This document shows, one piece after another, positions 36,618-45,884 of a DNA stretch of 55,519 bases (the first letter of the stretch is position 1; every line of letters starts with the position of its first letter). The position numbers were made by a program, and so were the translations under genes. Below the pieces are notes generated by a model. The model saw nothing but the letters and a program-made list of their open reading frames with translations. It had not been told where the DNA came from and did not search any database. This stretch comes from a virus (lineage: Duplodnaviria; Caudoviricetes). Location of the stretch: positions 1 through 55,519 of the IMG/VR virus record IMGVR_UViG_3300037320_000070; one strand, given 5' to 3'.

Positions 36618-39101
36618 ATGTATACAATATACGGAAAAGATAGTTGCCCATACTGTCTTAAAGCTAAAGAATTCCTAAAAAACCGCAAAGAATTATTCAC
36701 CTATGTAGATTTAGATGATCCAGATGATCATTATTCAAATCAATTTCTAATATCAGAAGGTGCTACAACAATACCTCAAATTTATTACGATGATTGGTGT
36801 ATTGGTGGTTATAGTGATTTATTTGCATTGCCAAACAGTCACTTTACTTCGAATTTACCACCAGTTGAGGTTGTTGAATTGGTCAAGGGTATTAAATACG
36901 TATTAAAACGTGATGGTACAACTGAACCATTCCAAGCTAAAAAAATTAATGATATGGTCGAATGGGCGGTTAAAGCCGATAGCTCAGTCCAATGGTCTGA
37001 AGTTGTGATGCTCGCCATGGATAAATTGAGTGGCGATACCTATAAAGTTTCTGATATCCAAAAAGCACTAATTGATGCTTGCCTAGATAAAGAAACCGAA
37101 TCGCATAATAAAGTTGCGGGTAGGTTATTACTTGGTTCAATCCGAAAAACATCTAAAGCAGATCCAGACTTTATTAAATTTTATAAATTTATGGTCGAAG
37201 GTAAGTATTGGCGAAAAATGAAATGGGATCAACTGCAATTACAAGCGTTTGCTTCTCATATCGATCATGATAAGGATTTGGGCTATGGATATCCATCATT
37301 TAGGCAGTTTAGAGATAAGTACAGCATAAAAGATCACGATGGTAACTTATTAGAATTACCCCAATATATGTATATGGGTATTGCTATGGCTAGATTTGAA
37401 AAATCTGGAAATTGGTTAGATGTAATTCATTACTATAAATTAGTTTCAGATCACAAGATCAATTTACCGTCACCACAATTATCAACCACTAGAACCCCAT
37501 CAAATGCGGGTGTATCTTGTGTGTTAATTACCGGCGGCGATAGCCTACATGGAATCGAAGCGGCTAAACATATTGCATTTTTAAGTACAGCGGCATCGGC
37601 GGGAATTGGTATTGAAATGGACGTAAGATCACCCGGTGATTCAGTCCGAAATGGTTACGCAAAGGCTGGCGGCAAAATGCCACATTATCGCACGATATCA
37701 GCTACCGTAAAGGAAGTTAAGCAAAGTAATCGCGGCGGTAGCGCAACAACCAGCTTTACTTGCCTAGATCCTGAAGTAATGGACTTACTAAAGTTAAAGT
37801 TGCCCAGAACCTCAGAAGAACGTAAAATTGATAAATTGGATTATTCATTAATAGTCAATCAATCGTTTTTACGCCGCGCCGCAAAACGTCAGGATTGGGC
37901 ATTAGTTAGTAGAGCCGATTTTCCAGAACTATATTCAGCGTTTTATAAAGAAGATTGTATCGAATTTGACAAAATCATGGATACAATTCTAGCTATGCAA
38001 TGTCGGAAACAAGTTATAGGTGCGTATGATGTATTAGATAGATTCCTAGAATCAAGACAAGAGATTGGTCGATACTATGAAACTAATATTACTCACGCAA
38101 ATAAGCACACACCATTTGACACTAATATAACGCCTATCAGAATTAGTAACTTATGTCAAGAAATTCTTTTGCCAACAAAAGCGTATAACCATATAACTGA
38201 ATTGTATAAGAACCATTATGACTATAATGATGGAATGACGGCACTATGTTTTATATCTGCAATCGATGTATATAAAATTAAATCAGATGAAGAATATGAA
38301 CAAGCATGTTATTATGCCCTTAAATCTTTAGATGATTTGATTGATGATATGGTTTATCCTACACCACAAATTGAATTTGTTGCTAAGGCGTGGCGATCGG
38401 TAGGCGTTGGAATGACCAATGTTGCACAATTAATCGCAAGTGCGGGTAAGTCGTATAAAGACCATGCTTATATACATTGGTTAGCAGAGCGTCATTATTA
38501 CTTCTTACTTAAAGCTAGTATTCAGTTAGCTAAAGAGCGCGGTAAGTTTGATTGGTACGATTATACTAGATGGGGTAATGGTTGGACTCCACTAGAAACG
38601 TATAATAAAAATGTTGATTCGCTATATTCTGAATGCAAATTCGATTGGGAGAATCTTAAATCTGAAGTTGCGCAACATGGTGTTAGATTTAGCGTATTGT
38701 GTGCGCATATGCCCTGTGAGAGTAGTTCGGTAATGACTAATGGTACTAATAGTCTGTACCCAATTCGTAACGATTTGGTATATAAAGATTCTAAGGGTGG
38801 CGATATTCAATTTTTTGCACCTAATTATACTAAATATGATTACGAGGAAGTTTGGGATTTATCATTTAAACATATTGCCGACTTCTATGCGATATGTCAA
38901 AAGTGGTGCGACCAAGCGATATCAGCTGATACATTTGTGGACTTTAGTAAATATCCTAACAAGCAAGTGCCGAAGTCAGAACGAACCAAAAACTACCTTT
39001 ACTGGAACAAAATGGGCATCAAAACCATGTATTACCAAAACCCGAAAACTGGGCGCGGTGAAAAAGGTTCAGAACCCGATTGTGCGGAATGTAGTTTTTA
39101 A
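36618..39101 (+). CDS. nrdA: Class Ia ribonucleotide reductase alpha subunit with N-terminal glutaredoxin fusion
   Basis: IYGKDSCPYC..TIPQIY..IGGYSDL (Grx), VLKRDG (ATP-cone), LPSPQL, SCVL, SNLCQEI, PCESSS, KTMYY, C-terminal CAEC. Confidence 0.95.
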   Translation: MYTIYGKDSCPYCLKAKEFLKNRKELFTYVDLDDPDDHYSNQFLISEGATTIPQIYYDDWCIGGYSDLFALPNSHFTSNLPPVEVVELVKGIKYVLKRDGTTEPFQAKKINDMVEWAVKADSSVQWSEVVMLAMDKLSGDTYKVSDIQKALIDACLDKETESHNKVAGRLLLGSIRKTSKADPDFIKFYKFMVEGKYWRKMKWDQLQLQAFASHIDHDKDLGYGYPSFRQFRDKYSIKDHDGNLLELPQYMYMGIAMARFEKSGNWLDVIHYYKLVSDHKINLPSPQLSTTRTPSNAGVSCVLITGGDSLHGIEAAKHIAFLSTAASAGIGIEMDVRSPGDSVRNGYAKAGGKMPHYRTISATVKEVKQSNRGGSATTSFTCLDPEVMDLLKLKLPRTSEERKIDKLDYSLIVNQSFLRRAAKRQDWALVSRADFPELYSAFYKEDCIEFDKIMDTILAMQCRKQVIGAYDVLDRFLESRQEIGRYYETNITHANKHTPFDTNITPIRISNLCQEILLPTKAYNHITELYKNHYDYNDGMTALCFISAIDVYKIKSDEEYEQACYYALKSLDDLIDDMVYPTPQIEFVAKAWRSVGVGMTNVAQLIASAGKSYKDHAYIHWLAERHYYFLLKASIQLAKERGKFDWYDYTRWGNGWTPLETYNKNVDSLYSECKFDWENLKSEVAQHGVRFSVLCAHMPCESSSVMTNGTNSLYPIRNDLVYKDSKGGDIQFFAPNYTKYDYEEVWDLSFKHIADFYAICQKWCDQAISADTFVDFSKYPNKQVPKSERTKNYLYWNKMGIKTMYYQNPKTGRGEKGSEPDCAECSF

Positions 39102-39110
39102 AAGTAATTC

Positions 39111-39136
39111 GCGGTAGGAATTTTTCCTACCGCTTT
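39111..39136 (+). terminator. Hairpin between nrdA and nrdB
   Basis: GCGGTAGGAA-TTT-TTCCTACCGC then TTT. Confidence 0.6.
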
Positions 39137-39157
39137 AAAAAAGGTAAATTCAGAAAA

Positions 39158-40255
39158 ATGAGCGATTTTTTAAACCTAGATAATGACAATAATAAGTCTG
39201 GTCAGTATCCGCTATTCTTTGGTGAAGACTTAGGCGTTTTTGATAGCTTTAATGTAACATATCCTGAAATAATGCAAGCTGATGAAAAACAAAGGGCGCT
39301 ATTTTGGAAGTCTAATGAGATTGATTTATCAAAAGACTATCATGATATGAAAAATGCACCGAAAGAAATACGTGAATTCGTGATAGAGAACCTATCATTC
39401 CAAATGGCGGGTGATTCCCTAGCCAATACAGCCCTACAAACGCTGTTATTGCCAATTATATCTAATAGTCAAGCATCTAGTCTAGTAAGCTACTGGGGCG
39501 ATACTGAGAGCGTTCACGCGGATACGTACGGTAGAATCATTGCGCAGTGTTTTGACGATCCAAATGAAATATTTGAGAGAATCAAACATAATGCCGAAAT
39601 GTTAAAACGACTAGACTTTTTAAGAACAGTATTTCGCGCTCAATCTCATTTAGTTGGTAAGGTGTTAACTGGTGAGATAAAGGAATTCGGTACAGATGAA
39701 CGTAAGCAGATAATTCGATTCATGGTCACAATGTTATGCCTTGAGGGTATTATGTTCTTAGCATCGTTTACAGCTACATTTGCGGTTACTCACACTACCC
39801 AGATGTTCAACGGATGTTCTAAGGCGGTTGGGCTGATTCATAATGATGAAGCTGGTTCGCATGTTCGCAATGGTTTAACGTTTTTAAATATCATTAAAAA
39901 CAAAGAACAGTATCCAGAGTGGGATGAAATGCGCGGTGAGATTAAAGAAATTATGGATGCCGCCGTTCGAAGTGAGATCGAATGGGGTGAACATTTATTT
40001 AATAAGGTCGGTTCTATTGTTGGGTACAACCAAGAATTACTTAAAAAATATGTATTTCACGTTTCTAAGCCATTGTACGATAGATTAGAAATTCCATTTG
40101 ACTTTCCGGTGGTTGATGCATATCCGTTTCCTTGGATGGACAAATATATCGATCCAGACTTGATGCAAACAGCGCAACAAGAAGCGCAATCTAGTAATTA
40201 TCTGGTGAATGCCACACTGGATGATGTCGGTGATATGGAATTCGACTTCGACTAA
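39158..40255 (+). CDS. nrdB: Ribonucleotide reductase beta subunit
   Basis: FW...EIDL, ESVHADTY (radical Tyr), LEGIMF..SF, DEAGSH, QQEAQ..NY. Confidence 0.95.
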   Translation: MSDFLNLDNDNNKSGQYPLFFGEDLGVFDSFNVTYPEIMQADEKQRALFWKSNEIDLSKDYHDMKNAPKEIREFVIENLSFQMAGDSLANTALQTLLLPIISNSQASSLVSYWGDTESVHADTYGRIIAQCFDDPNEIFERIKHNAEMLKRLDFLRTVFRAQSHLVGKVLTGEIKEFGTDERKQIIRFMVTMLCLEGIMFLASFTATFAVTHTTQMFNGCSKAVGLIHNDEAGSHVRNGLTFLNIIKNKEQYPEWDEMRGEIKEIMDAAVRSEIEWGEHLFNKVGSIVGYNQELLKKYVFHVSKPLYDRLEIPFDFPVVDAYPFPWMDKYIDPDLMQTAQQEAQSSNYLVNATLDDVGDMEFDFD

Positions 40256-40273
40256 ATTAGAGGTTGACACAAG

Positions 40274-40302
40274 AAACCTAGCCGTATAAGCTAGGTTTTT
40301 TT
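40274..40302 (+). terminator. Intrinsic terminator nested in a TTGACA promoter
   Basis: AACCTAGC-CGTATAA-GCTAGGTT followed by a T run. Confidence 0.75.
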
Positions 40303-40373
40303 ATATCTAAAAATACTTAAAATGTCGTTAGACGATGATAAAGTGGGTAAATAAATCAAATAGGTTGTAAATT

Positions 40374-40760
40374 ATGAAATACAGTAACTTTAGAAAAATA
40401 AATCAAGATGTGTTAAATCTGTTCCCATTACCAACTACTCTTAGCCCAACTAAAATGGAATATTATTCCGCTGGTGTTGTTGCATATGCAAAGGCGTTAG
40501 ATTATGAACTTAGTTCGTTAGCTAAAAAACATGATGATGAAAAAGAACTTTATTATAAGGTTTCCTTTATCCCAAAACTAGGTGACGTTGAATTTTCGGT
40601 GTTAACCGATTCATTATCAACGGCTAAGAATCAACTTTCAGCAATATCAGACTACACATTATTTTTACATGACCGTGGATTAATGCCAGATTATTCGAAT
40701 ACTGGATTTATTAGTCAAATTATAGATGGTGAATGGGAGGGTGTCGAAGATGATGAATGA
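40374..40760 (+). CDS. Protein with C-terminal P22 gp17-like domain
   Basis: FIPKL...FSV...S...A...L..I.DY..FL.....PDYSN.G pattern recalled from the P22 gp17 family. Confidence 0.5.
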   Translation: MKYSNFRKINQDVLNLFPLPTTLSPTKMEYYSAGVVAYAKALDYELSSLAKKHDDEKELYYKVSFIPKLGDVEFSVLTDSLSTAKNQLSAISDYTLFLHDRGLMPDYSNTGFISQIIDGEWEGVEDDE

Positions 40761-41136
40761 TGATGAATTAGTACACCTAGAAAAACTTGTAGAAACCGCA
40801 CCCGATGGTTGGTTTTTTGTTTCTAGTACAGGATACTGGAATTTAAAGTATGAACGTTGGGATAAAAAATCTCAAAAATATACCAATAGACTTAAACCAA
40901 CTACACCATTACGCGCGCGGCGCGACATCGAAAGACAAATTGAACTTATTACGGCGCTAAATTTTGCTAGGGTTAGCGGCGCTGTAGAACTTATTGAAGA
41001 ACTTATGGTGGATGCTCAGAGTGCGGCGGTGAATGGGTATCCACAATTGAGTAATTGCTTGATAGATTTAGCGGAATTAACTGATATTTTTTCTCAACAT
41101 GGTGTTGACTTTACTGCAAAACCTACACCGCATTAA
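40750..41136 (+). CDS. Hypothetical protein
   Basis: GGAGG RBS before ATG 40750/40753. Confidence 0.65.
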   Translation: MMNDDELVHLEKLVETAPDGWFFVSSTGYWNLKYERWDKKSQKYTNRLKPTTPLRARRDIERQIELITALNFARVSGAVELIEELMVDAQSAAVNGYPQLSNCLIDLAELTDIFSQHGVDFTAKPTPH

Positions 41137-41233
41137 CTACACTGTACAGCACTGTAGGCATTGCAGTTAATGCGGTGTACTACAATGAGAATCTAAAGTT
41201 AAATACAATAAGCATCTAAAGTTAAATACAATA
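41124..41233. repeat. 15-bp inverted repeat plus 20-nt tandem direct repeat
   Basis: TACACCGCATTAACT (41124) / AGTTAATGCGGTGTA (41165); ATCTAAAGTTAAATACAATA at 41191 and 41214. Confidence 0.85.
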
Positions 41234-41249
41234 TAAGACAAAAATACAA

Positions 41250-41639
41250 ATGATTAAATTTTCACTTAATGCACTGTTTCAGCAAACTGATGAAGAAACG
41301 GTAAGCATGATTAATGAACACAAGACGCAAATTGAATCTTTAACTAGTCGATTGGTTGATGCATTATTAGATATGGATGTATTATGTTTAGAGCGAGATT
41401 GGTTTGCCGAAGAATTAGATAAATGCAATAAACCGCCGATATCGGATATTTTTTGGGACAAAGGCAACTCCGAAGAACTATACCATGATGTTCGTGATAT
41501 ATTCGAAAACGCCATAGACTCAGATACTAAAGTTGGTTTAGAGATTACCGTATTAGAAGCTATGTCTATGCCCACATTAACCTATAGACTAACCGAATTA
41601 AATGATGATTGTAGTTTTGAAATTGAAGAAATTACTTGA
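41250..41639 (+). CDS. Hypothetical acidic protein
   Basis: ORF track. Confidence 0.65.
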   Translation: MIKFSLNALFQQTDEETVSMINEHKTQIESLTSRLVDALLDMDVLCLERDWFAEELDKCNKPPISDIFWDKGNSEELYHDVRDIFENAIDSDTKVGLEITVLEAMSMPTLTYRLTELNDDCSFEIEEIT

Positions 41640-41693
41640 CTTCTATATTTACTATGGTAATCTTACTGTATATTAATTAATCAGAGATTATAA

Positions 41694-41885
41694 ATGCCGT
41701 CTAAACCTTATGACATTCACAAAACAAAGCAGTATGATGGGTCATATAGAGTAAGGGCGCTATCTTTTCCTGATACATTTATCAATGGTTCGAATCCAAA
41801 TAATTCGATAGTTCGATTGATGTTTCCTAGTATTCAAGATGCTAAAAAATTTGCTAATGAATACCAAACTAAATTAAATAAGTGA
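41694..41885 (+). CDS. Hypothetical protein
   Basis: Preceded by a TTGACT-type promoter. Confidence 0.6.
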   Translation: MPSKPYDIHKTKQYDGSYRVRALSFPDTFINGSNPNNSIVRLMFPSIQDAKKFANEYQTKLNK

Positions 41886-41892
41886 GAAATAT

Positions 41893-42231
41893 ATGAGTGG
41901 TTGGTTAGGAGGTAGTCATAAGTATTCAAATGGGTCTTTAAAGGATGCTAAGAAAAATTCCGGCTGGTTAAGGGGTGAAAATACTAAAAAAGCATCGACA
42001 GAAAGAGAAAAATTAGCAGTAACCGTTAAACAAGAATTAATTGAATCTAATGCAAAAGTTATTAGATTTGCTGAGATTATAAGTGCCTTAATGATTGCAG
42101 ATGAAACAGGTTATATTGACGGTGAGGGTTGGCTTGAGGGGTACGATGAAATAGTTAATGAAGCTAATGAGGTATTAGACAATATTGATACCTACAGAAA
42201 AATTAATAATACAATGGAGTTAAAATCATGA
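41893..42231 (+). CDS. Hypothetical protein
   Basis: ORF track. Confidence 0.65.
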   Translation: MSGWLGGSHKYSNGSLKDAKKNSGWLRGENTKKASTEREKLAVTVKQELIESNAKVIRFAEIISALMIADETGYIDGEGWLEGYDEIVNEANEVLDNIDTYRKINNTMELKS

Positions 42232-42410
42232 ATTTTAGAACCGCAATGAACAGAAGAAACGAATTACTAGTTCAGTTAGCCAATTCAAAAAACGTAACAA
42301 AGGATATTGACCGCCAAATATCTGATTTAGAATCGCTAATAGATTCTGCTGATAATGCGGTAGATGATTCGGCAGATATTCAGCCTACCTTTATGTATGG
42401 GAAATGGTAA
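42228..42410 (+). CDS. Hypothetical protein
   Basis: GGAG RBS, ATGA overlap. Confidence 0.6.
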   Translation: MNFRTAMNRRNELLVQLANSKNVTKDIDRQISDLESLIDSADNAVDDSADIQPTFMYGKW

Positions 42411-42412
42411 AT

Positions 42413-42682
42413 ATGACTTTATTTTTAATTATACTATCAATTTACATATCAATGGGTTTAGGTTTTTCCATATGTTCCTATCTACAATATACCGAAATTA
42501 GAGTAAGAACTAATCAACCCTTAGAATCCAAGTTTGTAACTATAAAAATAGCGGCGTTATTTACCCTATTTTGGATGTTTATAGCTATATACTGTTACAG
42601 GTCTGGAATATCAAGAACCATCCCAGAACTAGAATATAGCATAATAGATATGACAAAAGACGCAATTAAACCGAAAGAATAA
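42413..42682 (+). CDS. Two-TM membrane protein
   Basis: Two hydrophobic helices. Confidence 0.6.
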   Translation: MTLFLIILSIYISMGLGFSICSYLQYTEIRVRTNQPLESKFVTIKIAALFTLFWMFIAIYCYRSGISRTIPELEYSIIDMTKDAIKPKE

Positions 42683-42822
42683 CGGAATACATGTGAAAAA
42701 TTATCCTAACCCACCAGAGCCGCCGCCTAAAAGATTATTTAAAGTAACTCTTTTTGGTGGATTAATTGAAACAGAAGAAAGTAAGCGCGATACAGCTAAA
42801 TGGTTGAGTCTAAAAATAAAGC

Positions 42823-42907
42823 TTGCAATCTAAGTAATAACGCTATACACTGACTGTATTGGTTGAGTTAAGACCACTTTGTTTTCCCATTTGAGGTATA
42901 TATTATG
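42823..42907 (+). promoter_or_regulatory. Early promoter plus leader cassette
   Basis: TTGCAA-17-TACACT, TGTATTGGTTGAGTTAAGACC...TTGAGGTATATATTATG. Confidence 0.8.
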
Positions 42908-43228
42908 AAAAAGTTTCTACCAGTTTTTGTTTTCTCTAACGATTTAGGTGACTCTACAAACGGCGGTGTTACGTTTACATCCAGAAGTAAACTTGTCGTT
43001 CCTTGTGAGCGTGGTCATATTACCGAAGCCGATGTAGAAGAACGTGGGTACGTTGTATTGGAATTGACACCTTCCACTTTATTCGTAGCTCCACCGCACT
43101 TCGAGCCAGAAGGTGAAGCTAGGTGGTGTATGTTTGGTGGTAACTTTGTGTATACTTCTGATAGTCGATTTTCAGAAGAATATGGCTATTCACCTATTAA
43201 AGTTCACGATAGAATTGAGGGAAAGTAA
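42905..43228 (+). CDS. Conserved phage hypothetical early protein
   Basis: GDSTNGGVT...MFGGNFVYTSDSRF...IKVHDR pattern. Confidence 0.75.
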   Translation: MKKFLPVFVFSNDLGDSTNGGVTFTSRSKLVVPCERGHITEADVEERGYVVLELTPSTLFVAPPHFEPEGEARWCMFGGNFVYTSDSRFSEEYGYSPIKVHDRIEGK

Positions 43229-43386
43229 TGATTTTAATATTCTTTGTATTATTCGTAGCACTAACAGCCAAAATTGAATATATTGACAATCATGTTGAGA
43301 AACCACTTTGCTTTATATTAAACGTTATTTGGGTTTGTGCATTTGCATTTATGTCTTTTTTCTTAATGGCGGTAACTAGATCATGA
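43228..43386 (+). CDS. Small membrane protein (not in the ORF track)
   Basis: TAATG coupling; MILIFFVLFVAL...FFLMAVTRS*. Confidence 0.5.
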   Translation: MILIFFVLFVALTAKIEYIDNHVEKPLCFILNVIWVCAFAFMSFFLMAVTRS

Positions 43387-43437
43387 ACAATTTATGTCTT
43401 TTTTCTTAATGGCGGTAACTAGATCATGAACAATTTA
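43347..43437 (+). repeat. Perfect 43-nt tandem duplication of a gene junction
   Basis: ATTTATGTCTTTTTTCTTAATGGCGGTAACTAGATCATGAACA x2. Confidence 0.9.
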
Positions 43438-43614
43438 CAGTGGGTAGCAGTTGTGATGATGATGTTACCATTATCTATTGCATTTTTATTTAGTCGAAAG
43501 TTTTACGACCCCAAAAAATCTCCAGTTATACATTTATTAAGTAATATAGTAGTTAGTATATCATACGGATTAGTTGCAATTTGCGCATTCGTAGTTATAC
43601 TTTTGGGGGCATAA
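43426..43614 (+). CDS. Small two-TM membrane protein
   Basis: Hydrophobic ORF coupled to dCMP deaminase. Confidence 0.6.
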   Translation: MNNLQWVAVVMMMLPLSIAFLFSRKFYDPKKSPVIHLLSNIVVSISYGLVAICAFVVILLGA

Positions 43615-44087
43615 TGAAACATCAAACTTGGTTAAACATAGCACACGCCATAGCCGAAGATTCAAAATGTGTCAGTTTAAAAGTTGGTACTGTTTTAGTA
43701 AGGGATGGGCATCAAGTATCTTCAGGAATAAATGGCACACCGAAAGGTTACATTAATTGCAATGAAAAATTTGAAGGGCGTTGTTCCGAGCATCATGATT
43801 GGTCACTGAAATACGAAATTCATTCTGAGCTATCCGCATTAATATATTCCCAAGTCGATGTTAGAGGTTCAGCCGCATATGTCACACACTCACCCTGTTT
43901 TAATTGCACTAAGCACCTAATTGCGGCTGGAATAGTGGGTATATATTTTGTTGAAAAATACCACCGTATGACTGAAGAAGAATTTCAAGAAATTATTGAC
44001 TTTTGTGATAGAATGGGTGTAGAATTAATTCATGCATCTGGTGAAATGGATGATTGGGTAATTTGCAATTCGGAGATATGGGAATGA
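43614..44087 (+). CDS. cd: dCMP deaminase
   Basis: SKC...VG, G.NGTP.G..NC, EIHSE, THSPCFNC. Confidence 0.93.
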   Translation: MKHQTWLNIAHAIAEDSKCVSLKVGTVLVRDGHQVSSGINGTPKGYINCNEKFEGRCSEHHDWSLKYEIHSELSALIYSQVDVRGSAAYVTHSPCFNCTKHLIAAGIVGIYFVEKYHRMTEEEFQEIIDFCDRMGVELIHASGEMDDWVICNSEIWE

Positions 44088-44275
44088 ATACAGAAGCTAA
44101 ACAATGGTTAGCGGTTGCGGCGGGTTTAGCGGAATCTACTGGAATGATACCACCATTCGAGAAAACAAAAAACACTGTAGATATTATTAAGTATAAGCAA
44201 GGCGAATATAAAGACCTATTGCCGCGCGTAGGTAAAAAACCAAAGAAACACAACAAAAAACGTAGAGGTTATTAG
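44084..44275 (+). CDS. Small basic hypothetical protein
   Basis: ATGA overlap, GGAG RBS. Confidence 0.55.
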   Translation: MNTEAKQWLAVAAGLAESTGMIPPFEKTKNTVDIIKYKQGEYKDLLPRVGKKPKKHNKKRRGY

Positions 44276-44276
44276 C

Positions 44277-44627
44277 ATGACAGATATTAAGTTAAGTGAA
44301 GAACAAATTATCAAAGAAAGCGAAATTCTAGTTCAAGAGAAAACTCATAAATCTCTATGTGAGGGATTTCTTACAGGTATATTCGATGTTGAATTTGTAA
44401 AAGCTGATGGTAGTTTTCGTCAAATGCGTTGTACAAGAGACGCTAAGTACATCCCAGTTGATGATAATGAGTTAACTAAGGTGATTGTATTAAAAGAAGG
44501 ACAAGTGCCTAAAAAGCCAAACTACAGCGCCTTACGTGTATACGAACTTAATGTGGGTTGGCGCTCATTTAAAGTTAATTCGTATACTGATATTCAGCAA
44601 GTTCTTCCAGAATCAATTGGACTATAA
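44277..44627 (+). CDS. T4 31.1-like (WYL_2/SH3-fold) protein
   Basis: VEFVKADGSFRQMRCTRD...GWRSFK; near gene 31 as in T4. Confidence 0.8.
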   Translation: MTDIKLSEEQIIKESEILVQEKTHKSLCEGFLTGIFDVEFVKADGSFRQMRCTRDAKYIPVDDNELTKVIVLKEGQVPKKPNYSALRVYELNVGWRSFKVNSYTDIQQVLPESIGL

Positions 44628-44629
44628 TT

Positions 44630-45043
44630 ATGAATACAGTTGCGCGCGGTACTCAAAAAGCACACGAAATTTTAGATTTATTAGTTTCTGGGACTTCGGT
44701 TACTAAAGAGACATTAACTAAAATGTGCGGAAATACCAACTTCAGTTCTCAAATATCTACGGTTAGATGTAATCTTTTCGTACCGATTGAGTGTGGTAAA
44801 AATAGTAAAGGTGAAACTATATGGTACATGACTCATGAGGAAATACGAAGATACTACAGTGATAGAGAATTTCAAGTTGCCGAAATGCAAGTTTATGTAA
44901 CCGAAAAACAAGATTCTAGGGTTGTAAAGAATTTAATTGAGTTATATACTGCCAACTCAGATGGTAAAAGTAGGGTCAATTCTATTATTCGCGAAGCTCT
45001 TACCGCCATTAGATATCATAATCAGTCGGTAAAGGTGAGTTAA
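44630..45043 (+). CDS. Hypothetical protein, possible winged-HTH
   Basis: ILDLL.SG..VT...L......FSSQISTVR pattern. Confidence 0.55.
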   Translation: MNTVARGTQKAHEILDLLVSGTSVTKETLTKMCGNTNFSSQISTVRCNLFVPIECGKNSKGETIWYMTHEEIRRYYSDREFQVAEMQVYVTEKQDSRVVKNLIELYTANSDGKSRVNSIIREALTAIRYHNQSVKVS

Positions 45044-45187
45044 TGGACTTTGAAATGTATGATAAATATATGCATGGGGAATATGATCCCTCCGATTATC
45101 ATATGAGAAAAAAAGCTAGGGCTTGGAAAGACCGCCAAGAAAAGCGAGTAGAAATGATAAAGGCATTTAATAAATCTAGGGAAAAGT

Positions 45188-45550
45188 ATGTCAATAAAGA
45201 ATTATAGCGATATTCAAGCCGCACAAGCCGTTGGTAGTTTTGTAGTCATTGATGCGGGTAGCCCCGCTAAAATGGGCGAAGAAGTACATTCACCAAGTGG
45301 CATTGTTACTGGTAGACGAAGTGCTGGTGAGGTATCACAGTGGGGTGAAATTATTTCAGTCGGTGGTGACGTTACTAAGTTTGAAGTCGGTGACTTAGTG
45401 GTAATGCCATTAATGACAGGTGGTTCTATAAGTGGCGTTCCACATCCAGACTTTTTGGCTGGTATATGTACCGATGTAGAAGCTCCAACAAGATTAGTCG
45501 CGGCGCATGAAGATACAGTTAGAGCGAAATATACCAGAAATATAAAATAA
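45188..45550 (+). CDS. 31: Co-chaperonin gp31 (GroES-like)
   Basis: AVGSFVV...P...GEE..SPSGIVTGRR..GEV...I.SVG.DV...EVGD, VPHP. Confidence 0.9.
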   Translation: MSIKNYSDIQAAQAVGSFVVIDAGSPAKMGEEVHSPSGIVTGRRSAGEVSQWGEIISVGGDVTKFEVGDLVVMPLMTGGSISGVPHPDFLAGICTDVEAPTRLVAAHEDTVRAKYTRNIK

Positions 45551-45553
45551 ATC

Positions 45554-45634
45554 TTGCAATCGTAATCAGCGCGCGCTATTATAGGTGTGTTGGTTACGAA
45601 GTAAGTCTATTAATTATTTGAGGTTTATATTATG
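45554..45634 (+). promoter_or_regulatory. Early promoter plus leader cassette
   Basis: TTGCAA-17-TATTAT, GTGTGTTGGTTACGAAG...TGAGGTTTATATTATG. Confidence 0.8.
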
Positions 45635-45850
45635 ATGAAGACGCAAAGCAAATCTATTACTATCTATGTTCACGGTGTTCCGGTTACAATTGTCAACACA
45701 AAAGGTTTTTGGTGTGTGGTTTATAACGACAAAGAAAATAATCCAGAAAACCGTATCGAAAAATCATTTCGTAAGTCAGAAAACACAGTAGATGAAGCGG
45801 CGGCAAAGGTCGCAATGGCGATAGTAAAGCGCCGTTGTGGTTTCAAATAA
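45632..45850 (+). CDS. Hypothetical early protein
   Basis: Cassette RBS. Confidence 0.7.
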   Translation: MMKTQSKSITIYVHGVPVTIVNTKGFWCVVYNDKENNPENRIEKSFRKSENTVDEAAAKVAMAIVKRRCGFK

Positions 45851-45884
45851 AGTTAATCACAAGATTCATAAGGGTGGAAAAGAA

